Both the position numbers and the translations under genes were made by a program. Positions 30,082 through 40,745 of a stretch of DNA of 64,000 nt are shown here, one piece after another. Below the pieces are notes generated by a model that saw nothing but the letters and a program-made list of their open reading frames with translations, was not told the origin of the DNA and did not search any database. The first letter of the stretch is position 1, and every line of letters starts with the position of its first letter. The stretch is taken from positions 7,303 to 71,302 of the forward strand of contig CALXTC010000016.1 in assembly GCA_944391325.1 (NCBI GenBank), written 5' to 3'. The stretch comes from an uncultured Candidatus Saccharibacteria bacterium. GTDB taxonomy: Bacteria > Patescibacteriota > Saccharimonadia > Saccharimonadales > Saccharimonadaceae.

Positions 30082-30174
30082 ATTTCCTCCTCGGTTAGAT
30101 GTGAATTACATTCTACCGATGATTTAGACGCATGTCAAAGAGGTTGTGGTAAATAGTAGACTATAATACAACAT

Positions 30175-30212
30175 TTAGCACTCTTGACACGTGAGTGCTA
30201 GAAAACTATACT
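30175..30212 (+). promoter_or_regulatory. CIRCE operator plus dnaK promoter
   Basis: TTAGCACTC-TTGACACGT-GAGTGCTAG; TTGACA (30184-89), 17 nt, TATACT (30207-12). Confidence 0.93.
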
Positions 30213-30220
30213 ATGGATAG

Positions 30221-30247
30221 TTAGCAGTCGTAGTAGTTTACTGCTAG
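30221..30247 (+). promoter_or_regulatory. Second, degenerate CIRCE in the dnaK leader
   Basis: TTAGCAGTC-GTAGTAGTT-TACTGCTAG. Confidence 0.7.
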
Positions 30248-30300
30248 TCAGACAAGCAAGTTAACTAATAGGAATCGTTAATTATATAGAAAGGGTAGAC

Positions 30301-32187
30301 ATGGGAACGATTATCGGAATTGACTTAGGAACCACTAACAGCGCATTTGCCTATTTAGTGGCTGGTAAGCCAGAAATTATTACTAACAAAGAGGGCAATC
30401 GAACAACGCCATCAGTGGTTGCTATCGACAAAAAGGGCGAGCGTCTAGTCGGCCAAGTGGCACAACGACAGCGTGTCACTAATGCTGAGAACACTATTTA
30501 CGCCATTAAGCGACTGATTGGTCGTCGTTATAACGACCCTGAGGTTCAAAAGGACGTCAAGATCATGCCCTTCAAGATTGTTAATAACAAGGGCAATGCA
30601 GCGGTTGAGATTAACGGTAAAGTTTATAGCCCCGAGGAAATCAGCGCCATGATTTTGTCCAAGATCAAGGCTGATGCCGAGGCTTACCTGGGACAACCAG
30701 TGACAGAGGCTGTTATTACAGTGCCAGCCTATTTTGACGATAGTCAACGGCAAGCCACCAAGGATGCTGGTAAAATTGCCGGACTAGAGGTTAAGCGCAT
30801 TGTTAACGAGCCAACTGCCGCAGCCTTGGCCTATGGCCTGGACAAGAACAACGACGAGAAGATTGTGGTCTTTGACTTAGGTGGTGGCACCTTTGACGTA
30901 TCTATTTTGGAGCTAGGTGATGGCGTCTTTGAGGTCAAATCAACCAACGGCGATACGCACCTAGGCGGTGAGGATTTTGATAATCGCATTGTTAATCACT
31001 TCCTTGACCAGTTCAAGAGTGAAACCGGCATCGATCTATCGACGGACAAGGCTGCTATGCAGCGCCTGAAGGACGAGGCTGAAAAGGCCAAGAAAGAGTT
31101 GAGCACTACAACTGAATACGAGGTTAATTTACCATTTATTACGGCCGATGCGAATGGGCCAAAGCATTTTGAAACAACCTTGACTCGGGCGGAAATGATC
31201 AACTGGTGTTCAGATCTGATTGACCGGCTGGCTGGCCCATGTGAACGAGCTATGAAGGATGCAGGCGTTAAGCCATCAGACATTGGTCATGTTGTATTAG
31301 TTGGTGGTATGACTCGTATGCCAGCTGTGGTTGAGAAGGCTAAGTCAATCTTTGGCAAGGAGCCAATGGCTGGCGTTAATCCAGATGAGGTGGTGGCAGA
31401 TGGTGCGGCTATTCAAGGTGGCGTGCTGTCTGGTGATGTTAAGGATGTCTTGCTGCTAGACGTTACTCCATTGTCACTAGGTATAGAAACAATGGGTGGT
31501 GTTACGACTAGACTAATCGAGCGCAACACTACTATCCCAACTAGTAAGTCACAGGTCTTTTCAACCGCCGCTGATAATCAGCCACAGGTAGAAATCAATG
31601 TCCTACAGGGTGAGCGAGAGTTTGCTAACGACAACAAGTCATTGGGTCGTTTCATTTTGGATGGAATTGCTCCTGCGCCACGGGGTATCCCACAGATTGA
31701 GGTCACCTTTAACATCGACGCGAATGGTATTTTGAACGTAACAGCTAAGGATAAGGGGACTGGCAAGGAGCAGTCAATCACTATCCAAAATAGCGGCAAT
31801 TTATCTAAGGAAGATATTGCTAAGGCGCAGGCTGAGGCTGAGGCTCATGCCGCCGAGGACAAGGCTAAGCGCGAGGCTACTGATGCTCGAAATACCCTAG
31901 AGAATATGATTTACCAGGCCAAGAAGATGCCGGATGAGTTTAAGGATAAAATCTCCGGCGATGACAAGAAAGAACTAGACAAGGCTGTTAAGGAAGCGGA
32001 AAAGCATCTAAAGGATGAGAACAAGGATGATCTAGAGAAGGCGGGCAAGGAACTGTCTGAAAAGATGCAAAGCATTGGTGCTAAACTATATCAGGCGGCT
32101 GCTGAGGAGGCTAAGCAATCTGACGACAAGTCATCTGCTAATTCCAGTGATGACGCTGTCGAGGGCGAGGTTGTTGACAAGAAATAG
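30301..32187 (+). CDS. dnaK: Molecular chaperone DnaK
   Basis: [39 protein letters not shown]. Confidence 0.98.
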   Translation: MGTIIGIDLGTTNSAFAYLVAGKPEIITNKEGNRTTPSVVAIDKKGERLVGQVAQRQRVTNAENTIYAIKRLIGRRYNDPEVQKDVKIMPFKIVNNKGNAAVEINGKVYSPEEISAMILSKIKADAEAYLGQPVTEAVITVPAYFDDSQRQATKDAGKIAGLEVKRIVNEPTAAALAYGLDKNNDEKIVVFDLGGGTFDVSILELGDGVFEVKSTNGDTHLGGEDFDNRIVNHFLDQFKSETGIDLSTDKAAMQRLKDEAEKAKKELSTTTEYEVNLPFITADANGPKHFETTLTRAEMINWCSDLIDRLAGPCERAMKDAGVKPSDIGHVVLVGGMTRMPAVVEKAKSIFGKEPMAGVNPDEVVADGAAIQGGVLSGDVKDVLLLDVTPLSLGIETMGGVTTRLIERNTTIPTSKSQVFSTAADNQPQVEINVLQGEREFANDNKSLGRFILDGIAPAPRGIPQIEVTFNIDANGILNVTAKDKGTGKEQSITIQNSGNLSKEDIAKAQAEAEAHAAEDKAKREATDARNTLENMIYQAKKMPDEFKDKISGDDKKELDKAVKEAEKHLKDENKDDLEKAGKELSEKMQSIGAKLYQAAAEEAKQSDDKSSANSSDDAVEGEVVDKK

Positions 32188-32227
32188 CGACTTAACTATC
32201 TAGTCATTAACGAATAGTGCGCGGATA

Positions 32228-32259
32228 AATAAGCAGTCCCATCGTTGGGGCTGCTTATT
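32228..32259. terminator. Bidirectional terminator after dnaK
   Basis: AATAAGCAGTCCC...GGGGCTGCTTATT. Confidence 0.75.
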
Positions 32260-32298
32260 GGTTAATAGCACGACAAAGTTAGAAAAGCAGGATGCCTG

Positions 32299-32502
32299 TT
32301 AGTTGCCACTAGGTGGAAGGATGTCTTCACTGGTGGCGGCAACGGCGTCGGAATAGTTATTATTGTTGGCAGTCGACTGCTCGGCGGAAATCATGCCATT
32401 CATTATGCCGCTAAGCCCAACTAAACTGGAAAAGCCGACGGCAAAAATCACCTTCATCAACAAATTCTCGTTACGTTTTTTGGGGCATATGACAATATGC
32501 AT
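32299..32502 (-). CDS. Small (67 aa) membrane/secreted peptide
   Basis: SD AGGAG; promoter-like TTGACA-18-GATAAT upstream; hydrophobic segment after KKR. Confidence 0.55.
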   Translation of the reverse strand: MHIVICPKKRNENLLMKVIFAVGFSSLVGLSGIMNGMISAEQSTANNNNYSDAVAATSEDILPPSGN

Positions 32503-32603
32503 TTTTGTCTCCTGTTTTACACCTATTTGTTTTTAATTTATGTTGGTATTATCGCATAAACACTAACGCTATGTCAATGGCTAATTTGCGTTATAATGAT
32601 GAT

Positions 32604-33749
32604 ATGAATAAATCCACCACAAGGGCGTATCGACGTCAGTATAGCGCTGAGTTGCGGGCTAGTATGGCGAAATGCAGTAACTCTTATCGCAGCCGTGGCC
32701 GTAAGTTTGGACTGACTGTTTCAGTGTGTCTAGGGATAGCAATTATTGTTGGGGCGATTGGCCTGATGTGTTGGAACAACATTGAACCAGAGGCGATTGC
32801 CAAGTCATCATCCACCACAGACGGTTCAGCGACAAGCCAGTCAAAGCCAGTGGAATTTGGTGCAACTAAATCGCACACGATTATTCCATACAGTACAACA
32901 ATTGGTTTTATCGGTGATTCGCTGACGTTTGGCTGCTGCAATGACTCGACGCCAGCGCCAACTATCGAGGTGGCTAGTCTGGGTGATAATTATCGAGCCA
33001 TCAATCGTGGAGCCAACGGTTCAACGACCAGTGACTGGCGTAATAAATTGCTTGATTCGGCGATCGATGAATTTGTCGCCAATGATGTTGAAATTGTGCA
33101 GATTATGTTGGGCACCAACGATATTGCCCAAGGTATTCCCATTGATGAAATTATCGATAATTTACGCAATATCATTGACCGACTAAGAGATAATGGGGCC
33201 AAAATTTTTATTATCAATAAAATACCCTACAGTCTACATCGGGATGATTTAACAGTGCGTCAATATAATGTCGCTCTAGATGAATTGCCCAACGGTTCCG
33301 ATATCTTTGTGGGCGACGACCAGTCCTATCAGTATTTTCGCGAGCATCAGGATCAATTGTATGATGGTCTGCATATGAATCAGGACGGCTACATCAAATT
33401 GGCTGAATTATGGAGTGATGCGTTCCGCCGAATCGTTGTTGAGCCATCGCAGACGGCAACTAGTCTATCCAATAATGCTTACCACCTTGATTCGGATGAT
33501 GCGATTAAGTATCAGATTGATAAGTCATCACGTTGGTTTGTAGCTGGTCTGAATGGGCAGAGTGGTGTTTTAATTGACGATCAGTTTATCTCGCCGGAGG
33601 GTTATAGCGTTATTAGTGCTGGCGATAAGACGCTAATTGAACTGCGTAGCAACTATCTAAATACATTGAGCGTTGGTGAGCATAGCCTGGCGGTTCGGTT
33701 TGCCGATGGCGTTAGCTTTGCTGAGTCGTTCGTCGTGGTTAAGGAGTAA
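32604..33749 (+). CDS. Membrane-anchored SGNH/GDSL hydrolase with C-terminal Ig-like domain
   Basis: FIGDSLT, NRGANG, MLGTND, DGLHMN blocks; start refined to ATG 32604, 6 nt after TATAAT. Confidence 0.85.
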   Translation: MNKSTTRAYRRQYSAELRASMAKCSNSYRSRGRKFGLTVSVCLGIAIIVGAIGLMCWNNIEPEAIAKSSSTTDGSATSQSKPVEFGATKSHTIIPYSTTIGFIGDSLTFGCCNDSTPAPTIEVASLGDNYRAINRGANGSTTSDWRNKLLDSAIDEFVANDVEIVQIMLGTNDIAQGIPIDEIIDNLRNIIDRLRDNGAKIFIINKIPYSLHRDDLTVRQYNVALDELPNGSDIFVGDDQSYQYFREHQDQLYDGLHMNQDGYIKLAELWSDAFRRIVVEPSQTATSLSNNAYHLDSDDAIKYQIDKSSRWFVAGLNGQSGVLIDDQFISPEGYSVISAGDKTLIELRSNYLNTLSVGEHSLAVRFADGVSFAESFVVVKE

Positions 33750-33753
33750 CAAT

Positions 33754-33791
33754 CTGGCACTCTTGCCATTGGAGTGCTAATATACTATAAT
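33754..33791 (+). promoter_or_regulatory. CIRCE operator plus leaderless dnaJ promoter
   Basis: CTGGCACTC-TTGCCATTG-GAGTGCTAA; TTGCCA, 17 nt, TATAAT (33786-91); ATG 6 nt later. Confidence 0.88.
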
Positions 33792-33797
33792 TTTTTT

Positions 33798-34898
33798 ATG
33801 TCTGACAAGAGGGATTATTATGATGTCCTAGGCGTCAAGAAAGATGCCTCGGCCGATGAAATTAAAAAGTCTTTTCGAAAACTGGCCATGAAATATCACC
33901 CCGATCGCAACCCAGGCGATAAAGAGGCTGAGGCAAAATTCAAGGAAGTTAACGAGGCTTACGAAGTGCTAAAGGATTCGGATAAGCGTCGCCGCTATGA
34001 CCAATTTGGCCATGCGGGCGTTGGTGGTTCTGGCGGTGGCGGAAACCCATTCAGTGGGTTCGACGGCCAGAATATTCATTTTGACTTTGGCGGTGGTTTC
34101 GGTGATATGGGTGATATCTTTAGCCAATTTTTTGGTGGTCGTTCGGCGACTAGGCGACGTAGCCAGGGTCGTGATGTCGAAACATCGGTGACGCTGACGT
34201 TTGAGGAGTCAATTTTTGGCACGGAAAAAACTGTGGCTGTTAATTCGGATGTGACCTGTGATCGTTGTGGTGGCGATGGTGCCGAGCCGGGCTACCAGCA
34301 AAAAACTTGTCCTACCTGTAATGGTAGTGGCCAGGAGGTTCGTACGGTCAACTCGTTGTTTGGCCCCATTCAGCAGGCTACGACCTGCCATACTTGTGGC
34401 GGAGATGGCAAAATTGCGGACAAAAAATGCGATAAATGCGGTGGTCGAGGCGTAGTTCGAGAACGACAAGAGATAAAGCTGAAGATTCCGGCTGGTGTTG
34501 ATGAGGGCTCGGCAATTCGCCTTAGTGGCCGAGGTGAGGCGATCAAAGATGGGCGTCCGGGCGATTTGTATGTTATGATCCACGTTCGCCCGCACAAGAA
34601 ATTTACCCGTGATGGTGATTTAATTCTGAGCGAGGAGCATGTCTCGATGATTGATGCGGCTCTAGGTTGCGAGTTGGATGTAGAAACTGTTGACGGCCCA
34701 TTGACGATGAGAGTACCAGCTGGGACGCAATCCGGCACGGATTTTCGGCTTAGCGGGCATGGGGCGCCGAGGACGCGGGGTGAAACGCGTGGACCTCATA
34801 TCGTGACGATTAAGGTGGATACGCCAACTGGCCTGACGCGCAAGCAGAAAGACTTGCTAGAACAATTCAAGCAATCGGGGCGTAAACGCTTTGTCTAA
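33798..34898 (+). CDS. dnaJ: Molecular chaperone DnaJ
   Basis: KRDYY...HPD J-domain, G/F region, four CxxCxGxG repeats. Confidence 0.97.
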   Translation: MSDKRDYYDVLGVKKDASADEIKKSFRKLAMKYHPDRNPGDKEAEAKFKEVNEAYEVLKDSDKRRRYDQFGHAGVGGSGGGGNPFSGFDGQNIHFDFGGGFGDMGDIFSQFFGGRSATRRRSQGRDVETSVTLTFEESIFGTEKTVAVNSDVTCDRCGGDGAEPGYQQKTCPTCNGSGQEVRTVNSLFGPIQQATTCHTCGGDGKIADKKCDKCGGRGVVRERQEIKLKIPAGVDEGSAIRLSGRGEAIKDGRPGDLYVMIHVRPHKKFTRDGDLILSEEHVSMIDAALGCELDVETVDGPLTMRVPAGTQSGTDFRLSGHGAPRTRGETRGPHIVTIKVDTPTGLTRKQKDLLEQFKQSGRKRFV

Positions 34899-34906
34899 TT
34901 TTTATT

Positions 34907-36109
34907 CTATTTTCTACATTTAGCGACGTTAATATAGGCGATTCCTGCAGTTGGAATTGCCAAAGTTAAAATTACGATGGTTGCATTAAGGATGGCTGTT
35001 CCGCCAATCAAACTGGCAACTAGTAGCAGGCTATAGCTAAATACGCGACCCAATTCGATAGCGCACTCACGAATGGCAATAAACTCAGTTTGTCTAGATT
35101 TGCCCACAACGGAGCTGCGTGCCGTCTTGTAGATGCACACTTCTCGTGCGATTAGCAAAATATTAGTTAGTGCCGTGTATAGTAGGTTGCCAACTATAAC
35201 TGTTGTATCACCACCTATAAACACCATTACAAACACAGCTAGCATTGATATTAAACTAGCTAACAGTATTGCAATTGTGTTGTTTTTGCCGTGGCAATGG
35301 CGATATAAACGGGCTAATACAACTGAAACGATGGTGGTTAGTGACGTAATTAACCCTAATGCAAAGTCTGTGTGAAATGAGTAGACGATATAGACCGTCA
35401 TAATTGTGCCTAGGGCACTGTTGCTGACGCTCGCCCCTATAAATAGTTCTGATAATAAGCAACTGCGGCTGTGGCGATTTTTTATTAGGCGCCGCCAAAC
35501 CGAGGTTAGTTGAAAGGGGGCTGTTTGTCGTGCGTTAGTGTCGGGTGTCAATCTGAACGAACAGATTAGTTGTAGGATTGATACCAGTAATATAGCTATT
35601 GAGGCTATGTAGAAATTAGTGACAGTAATTATCCCACCTAGAACTAATGGAATAACTGTTTCGACGATACAGGTAATATTACGAAGATTAACGGCGTAGT
35701 CAGTTTGCTCCTTGTTGCTGACTTTGTCGGCCGTAAACGTGATGTATGGCAGCCAGTAGCAACTAGTAGCTATGCCATAAATAATGGCTAAGATGGGAAT
35801 GTGCTCAGCAACAGAATCACGCAGAATAATAATTGATAAGACATAGGCAAAATTTAAGATAACGCCAAATCGTAGCAAGTTGATCTTGGGTGAATGCTTG
35901 AATAACTTTGCGACAACGATAAAGCAAATACCCATAACAAAGTACGACATAATATAGTAAAGAGATGTGCTGGCCAAGTTGTTGCTGGTTGCCCTTATTA
36001 AATAGGCAGTCATAAACGGTCCAGAAAAAACGCTGATTACGCGTCGCAGGGCGTTCAGCATGATCAAGGCGTTCTGTTCATGTCTATACTTAGTATCTGT
36101 TTTAACCAC
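34907..36109 (-). CDS. MFS-type transporter (~12 TM)
   Basis: Multi-TM ORF; start refined to GTG 36109 because the listed extension overlaps tRNA-Gly. Confidence 0.75.
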   Translation of the reverse strand: MVKTDTKYRHEQNALIMLNALRRVISVFSGPFMTAYLIRATSNNLASTSLYYIMSYFVMGICFIVVAKLFKHSPKINLLRFGVILNFAYVLSIIILRDSVAEHIPILAIIYGIATSCYWLPYITFTADKVSNKEQTDYAVNLRNITCIVETVIPLVLGGIITVTNFYIASIAILLVSILQLICSFRLTPDTNARQTAPFQLTSVWRRLIKNRHSRSCLLSELFIGASVSNSALGTIMTVYIVYSFHTDFALGLITSLTTIVSVVLARLYRHCHGKNNTIAILLASLISMLAVFVMVFIGGDTTVIVGNLLYTALTNILLIAREVCIYKTARSSVVGKSRQTEFIAIRECAIELGRVFSYSLLLVASLIGGTAILNATIVILTLAIPTAGIAYINVAKCRK

Positions 36110-36156
36110 GTTTCTATAATACCACCGATAAATATATGCTATAATGTTGCTACAAT

Positions 36157-36231
36157 GCGGGTGTCGTATAGCGGTTAATATCCAAGTTTTCCAAACTTGT
36201 GACGAGAGTTCGACTCTCTCCACCCGCACCA
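36157..36231 (+). tRNA. tRNA-Gly(TCC)
   Basis: GCGGGTG/CACCCGC acceptor stem, CAAGT-TTTCCAA-ACTTG anticodon arm, GTTCGA, CCA; followed by terminator AACGGG...CCCGTTTTTT. Confidence 0.95.
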
Positions 36232-36304
36232 ATTATGATTGCAACGGGTTGCCCCCGTTTTTTATTTTGCCTGCACTTGTGTTTGGTTTACAATAGATAG
36301 CATA

Positions 36305-38098
36305 GTGCTTAAGCTTATTAGGGATAATTTTCGAATTATACGAGACTTCTTTCGTCTGATGCACGGCGATCGCAAGTGGGTATTTTTGTTGTTTTTGGGC
36401 TCTGGTTTGGCGCACATTGCTACGTTGATTGCTCCTATCTATGCTTCTAATATTATCTACGAGGTGACCAAGGGCAATGCTAATGCGGCCTATTTTAACA
36501 TTGCCTTATTGGCAATAATGGAAATAGTTTATTGTTTGTCAACGTACCTAAACTACGTATCCTATTCGCACAACTTCCCCCGTGTTTACCGCGACTTGCG
36601 CGAACGTATTATAGATAAAATCTTTACCTACGACATGGAATTTTCCAACAAGATGACCAAGGGGACGATTCTAAACACTATTAGTTCTGATGTTTCCACC
36701 TTATCTGAAATGTATATTGGTGTCAGCGAAATGATTGTCATAACAATCAAGGTAGCAATTATGGTGGTTATTTTTTTATGCACCAACGTGTGGATTGGTC
36801 TGGTGGTCGTTCTATTTGAGCTGATTTATCTAAAGGTCTATGACTTTTGCAATGTCCACAGCACCTATCATTATCACAAACAATTGCGATACCGCGATAA
36901 ATTGACCGATAATTTATCGCAAATTCTAAATGGCCTAGGCGAGATAAAAACGTTTAGTATCTATGACAAGGTGAAGAAGATGTTCTATGTTGTAGCAGAC
37001 CGCTGGGCTTGGCAATATCGATTAAAAAGGCATTATGCCGATGCCCGAGCGGGATTGGTGCCACTGGTAATCTATGCCGGCAAGATTCTGCTGTACCTAA
37101 TGATGGTGTACCTGACTTTTGCTGGGCATATGGAAATAAACATTCTAATTTTGCTGATTAGTTACTATGAGACAATTATGACTAACTCTTCCACCTTGAT
37201 GAATTATTCGATGCAGGTTCGTGATTGGTCGACCTCGATTGAACGCATTAATAAATTGCTAAATTATCACAGTGATCAACAATTTGATTTTGGTGAATTA
37301 GCTAAGAACGACATTGTTGGTCGGGTCCAATTTAAAAACGTCAATTTTGCCTATCGCACGAAGAACCGAGGTAGTATTAGTCATATTAGCTTTACGGCCG
37401 AGCCGGGCACCATCACTGCCTTAGTGGGGCACAGCGGTAGTGGCAAGACGACCATTGCTAATTTACTGCTTAGAAAATATGCGATAGATAGTGGGCAAAT
37501 TTTAATTGACGGTGACAACATCTATGACTATTCCGAGGTGGCTTATTCGTCAAATGTTGTTGGCGTAGACCAGGCGCCCTTTGTCTTTAGCATGAGCATT
37601 AAACGAAATTTGGATTTAATCGACAAAAATCCTTACCACCAAGAGGATGTTTGCCGGCGAGTCGGTATTCATGACTATATTATGAGTTTGCCCAATGGCT
37701 ATAATACGATTCTTGGCGATAATGCAACTAACTTTTCGGGTGGTCAGCGTCAGTTGTTAGCGATTGCCAGGGCTCTATTGTCTAAGGCGGAGGTGCTAGT
37801 CTTTGACGAGGTAACTAGCTCGTTGGATCCCATATTGGTCGAAAAGATTAAGGGTATCTTTAACGATTTAAAGATTGATCACACGATCATAATTGTCACC
37901 CACAAGAAGGACATTATGCAGAACGCTGACCAAATTATCGTTATGAATCACGGCAAGATTGTTGGTCGAGGCACGCACGAAGAGCTGATGAAGGCGAACA
38001 TTTACTACCAAGACCTTCAAACCAGCACTGACAGCAGTTCGCCACGACGCTCAACTAGCCAAACTCAGCTGGTTAATGTATCGCCCGAAAACGGGTAA
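36305..38098 (+). CDS. ABC exporter (fused TMD+NBD)
   Basis: GHSGSGKT, FSGGQRQ, VFDEVTS, VTH; start refined to GTG 36305. Confidence 0.88.
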   Translation: MLKLIRDNFRIIRDFFRLMHGDRKWVFLLFLGSGLAHIATLIAPIYASNIIYEVTKGNANAAYFNIALLAIMEIVYCLSTYLNYVSYSHNFPRVYRDLRERIIDKIFTYDMEFSNKMTKGTILNTISSDVSTLSEMYIGVSEMIVITIKVAIMVVIFLCTNVWIGLVVVLFELIYLKVYDFCNVHSTYHYHKQLRYRDKLTDNLSQILNGLGEIKTFSIYDKVKKMFYVVADRWAWQYRLKRHYADARAGLVPLVIYAGKILLYLMMVYLTFAGHMEINILILLISYYETIMTNSSTLMNYSMQVRDWSTSIERINKLLNYHSDQQFDFGELAKNDIVGRVQFKNVNFAYRTKNRGSISHISFTAEPGTITALVGHSGSGKTTIANLLLRKYAIDSGQILIDGDNIYDYSEVAYSSNVVGVDQAPFVFSMSIKRNLDLIDKNPYHQEDVCRRVGIHDYIMSLPNGYNTILGDNATNFSGGQRQLLAIARALLSKAEVLVFDEVTSSLDPILVEKIKGIFNDLKIDHTIIIVTHKKDIMQNADQIIVMNHGKIVGRGTHEELMKANIYYQDLQTSTDSSSPRRSTSQTQLVNVSPENG

Positions 38099-38102
38099 TT
38101 TG

Positions 38103-38669
38103 CTAATTGCTTGTCGCTGGGTTGCTAGCTGATTCAGCGTCAGAGTTTGGCTGGAGGTCGAGATCTAGTACGCTGGTAAAATCTTGGACGTTAGCTCGAT
38201 CATTCCATTCGCTAACAATCGTGTCGGTAATTTTTGATTGGTCGTCCTCGCTGTATCCATGGAATAATTCATCACCAATGATGAGTGTCGGAGTGCTGCG
38301 TTGCCCGGTGGGCTGCCCTAATTGTCCCATAAAATAGTCCATTATTTGACCATTAATTTGGTTGTCCCATATCTCGAAGCCATAAAAGTTAAAGTAGTGG
38401 CTGTATTCTGGCCAAATATCGGTTAAGTACTCAAATAAATGCTCGCAGTGAATGCAGCCATTCCCCCAGAATAGATAGATATTGATTTTGTCATCGTCAA
38501 ATGTGATGTCGCTAATCTGGGAATAGCGGGGAATTTCGACGACCTCTTGCGAAGACGGTTGCTTATTATGCGCATACCATATGTAGCCGGCGATGACTAT
38601 GCTGATAGCGACTACAAACATGGCGATAGTCAAAATAATTCTGCGAGTCCGTTTAGATATTTTTGTCAT
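38103..38669 (-). CDS. Membrane-anchored thioredoxin/glutaredoxin-fold protein
   Basis: N-terminal TM; IYLFWGNGCIHC; STPTLIIGD cis-Pro loop. Confidence 0.8.
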   Translation of the reverse strand: MTKISKRTRRIILTIAMFVVAISIVIAGYIWYAHNKQPSSQEVVEIPRYSQISDITFDDDKINIYLFWGNGCIHCEHLFEYLTDIWPEYSHYFNFYGFEIWDNQINGQIMDYFMGQLGQPTGQRSTPTLIIGDELFHGYSEDDQSKITDTIVSEWNDRANVQDFTSVLDLDLQPNSDAESASNPATSN

Positions 38670-38687
38670 GGCTATGTTTATTATAAA

Positions 38688-40676
38688 CTAATCAAACTTA
38701 ACGTATTGGCCAGTATTGTATATCTGCCCATCAATCTCAATGTAAATGCAGTAACGACCCTTTAAGCCACTACTGTTAATGTACTTGGTGACGGCAATAC
38801 CATCGCGAACTTCATCCTCTGACCACAAGTCTACGCACATGGCGGTGTAGGGTCGCTTACTAACACGGAGGTTATAAATGCGATTAGATAGTCCGCGACG
38901 CAGAATAATGTTAATTTCCTGACCGCGCTTGAATTGGCCCTGGACGACTAGCCGGTCGTCCTCTTGGGATAATTTAATGTCGTATTGGCTATAGTTATCG
39001 TCGGGTTGGTGGCTAGTAAATATTAGAGACTGGCTAATCTCAGTTGGCTTAGTTTCACCCAACGAGCCCAATTGTTTTGCTTTGCCCAACTTGAATTTGG
39101 CATCGCTATACGGATTCATCTTTTCGACCCGATATGTGTTGGTGGGTAGCTTGATCTCAAAAACAACTTGGTTGTTGATTAGCTCGACGGTGTCAGATAG
39201 TAATTCGATATTGTCGCTATCACTTAATCCAGCTGGTTGATTGGACGGCTTGCCATCAACCCGTACGATGCCGCCACTGTGTACTATGTAGTGATTATTG
39301 TCGATATAGTCAACGTCAGAGATATATGGCGAGTAAAACTCGCTGCCACGCTCCTTACCGTATTGCCAGACTTGTTGGATGGTCATGTTGTCAGTATCAA
39401 TTTGATACATAACTCCGCGAGTATAGCTTTGATCGGCTGGGATATAGTTATCCTTGACCTTGGACTTGTTGTTGCCGTTGTCTAGGATAAAGATATAGCC
39501 CTCTGGCGTAACCATGGCTGCATGCTGACTCCATTGCCACTCAAAGTTGTCGCCGATTGGGATAAAGAAATATTTTTGATACTCCTCATCCCAGTTAGTT
39601 GGGTCGCCAATAATCCACTCGAGTTCGCCAGAGCTATAGTTAATAGCAATGACGGCGTCTTGGTGGCGACCAGATAAGATGATAATGTTATTCTGCTGAT
39701 CATACCAGACAGAGTTATTGTGGAACCAATCATAACTAGACCAGTTTTCGCTTTGCCCCTGATCGGTCGGTAAGATGTCCTTGAGATCAAAGGTTTTGAC
39801 GATATCGCCGGTATTTCGATCCAGTTCGACGACAACGTCTTCGACGGTGCCATGCTCGTTATCAAAATCATTAGATGCGACTAGCAGGTTGCCGCTAGGC
39901 ATTTCGAAGTAATCATGGTGGTACCCACCTGGTAGGCTATATTCGACGTAGATCTTGCCCAGCAAGTCCATTTCGTATAGACCAGTTGTATAGTATGGTG
40001 TGTTAACTAGTCGTTCGGTGCTAATTAGCAGATGTCCATTCTGCAGCCGATTAATTTCCCAAGTAGCCTGCTGGTTCAGGTACCATCTAACATCACCGTT
40101 AACATCATAGGCAACGGCATACCCCTGGCTAGACGGGGTAAAGAAATAGAGATCGTTGGTTAGTTGTCCCTTATTGGCAATAACGTCGGTTGGGATAGCA
40201 AGATCATCGGGTAACGGATCTGTTGAAATAGTTAAATCCTTGGTGACAACCTGGCCGCCATCTTGATAACTAATTGTCACCAGGTTATCTGAATTGGCAT
40301 ACAAACCATAGATCGGTAAATAGTGATCAGTTGACTTAGAAAAGGTGTGACTAAAGGTGGTCAAGCTATCTTCACCATGAACAACAGCAGTTGGGGCAAC
40401 CTGGTTGGTGGTTTTGAAAATAACTAGTGCAGTCAACGGAGAATTGCCGTAGGGGTTTAAGATGATATTTGGATTGTCGATGTCATGACCATCTAATTGA
40501 AAGTTCTTTTCAATGTTGGCCTGCTTATCGACTAGGCTTTCGACCGATTTAACGGCTTGACTATTCATATTACCTCCAAAGATTACCCAAACAATCAGGC
40601 AAAGCACTAGAATCAATAAAATGACTTGAACAATAATGGCAAAGATGCGCTTGCGGGGCTTTAATTGTCGCGACAT
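38688..40676 (-). CDS. Aryl-sulfate sulfotransferase (ASST)
   Basis: NPYGNSPLTA, LPIYGLY, GDVRWY, YHHD, DWFHNNS, SGRHQD, QHA, DNGN motifs; N-terminal TM. Confidence 0.9.
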   Translation of the reverse strand: MSRQLKPRKRIFAIIVQVILLILVLCLIVWVIFGGNMNSQAVKSVESLVDKQANIEKNFQLDGHDIDNPNIILNPYGNSPLTALVIFKTTNQVAPTAVVHGEDSLTTFSHTFSKSTDHYLPIYGLYANSDNLVTISYQDGGQVVTKDLTISTDPLPDDLAIPTDVIANKGQLTNDLYFFTPSSQGYAVAYDVNGDVRWYLNQQATWEINRLQNGHLLISTERLVNTPYYTTGLYEMDLLGKIYVEYSLPGGYHHDYFEMPSGNLLVASNDFDNEHGTVEDVVVELDRNTGDIVKTFDLKDILPTDQGQSENWSSYDWFHNNSVWYDQQNNIIILSGRHQDAVIAINYSSGELEWIIGDPTNWDEEYQKYFFIPIGDNFEWQWSQHAAMVTPEGYIFILDNGNNKSKVKDNYIPADQSYTRGVMYQIDTDNMTIQQVWQYGKERGSEFYSPYISDVDYIDNNHYIVHSGGIVRVDGKPSNQPAGLSDSDNIELLSDTVELINNQVVFEIKLPTNTYRVEKMNPYSDAKFKLGKAKQLGSLGETKPTEISQSLIFTSHQPDDNYSQYDIKLSQEDDRLVVQGQFKRGQEINIILRRGLSNRIYNLRVSKRPYTAMCVDLWSEDEVRDGIAVTKYINSSGLKGRYCIYIEIDGQIYNTGQYVKFD

Positions 40677-40745
40677 TAGCTTGTCCTCCTTATGCTTATT
40701 CTAGCAGAAAATCGTCGCTAAGGACTATGGTATAATCACTAGCGT

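Noticed and set aside
36110-36304. N-terminal extensions of the MFS (to 36232) and ABC (from 36239) ORFs, and the 36233-36415 ORF
   Set aside because: They overlap tRNA-Gly and its terminator; better starts exist at 36109 and 36305.
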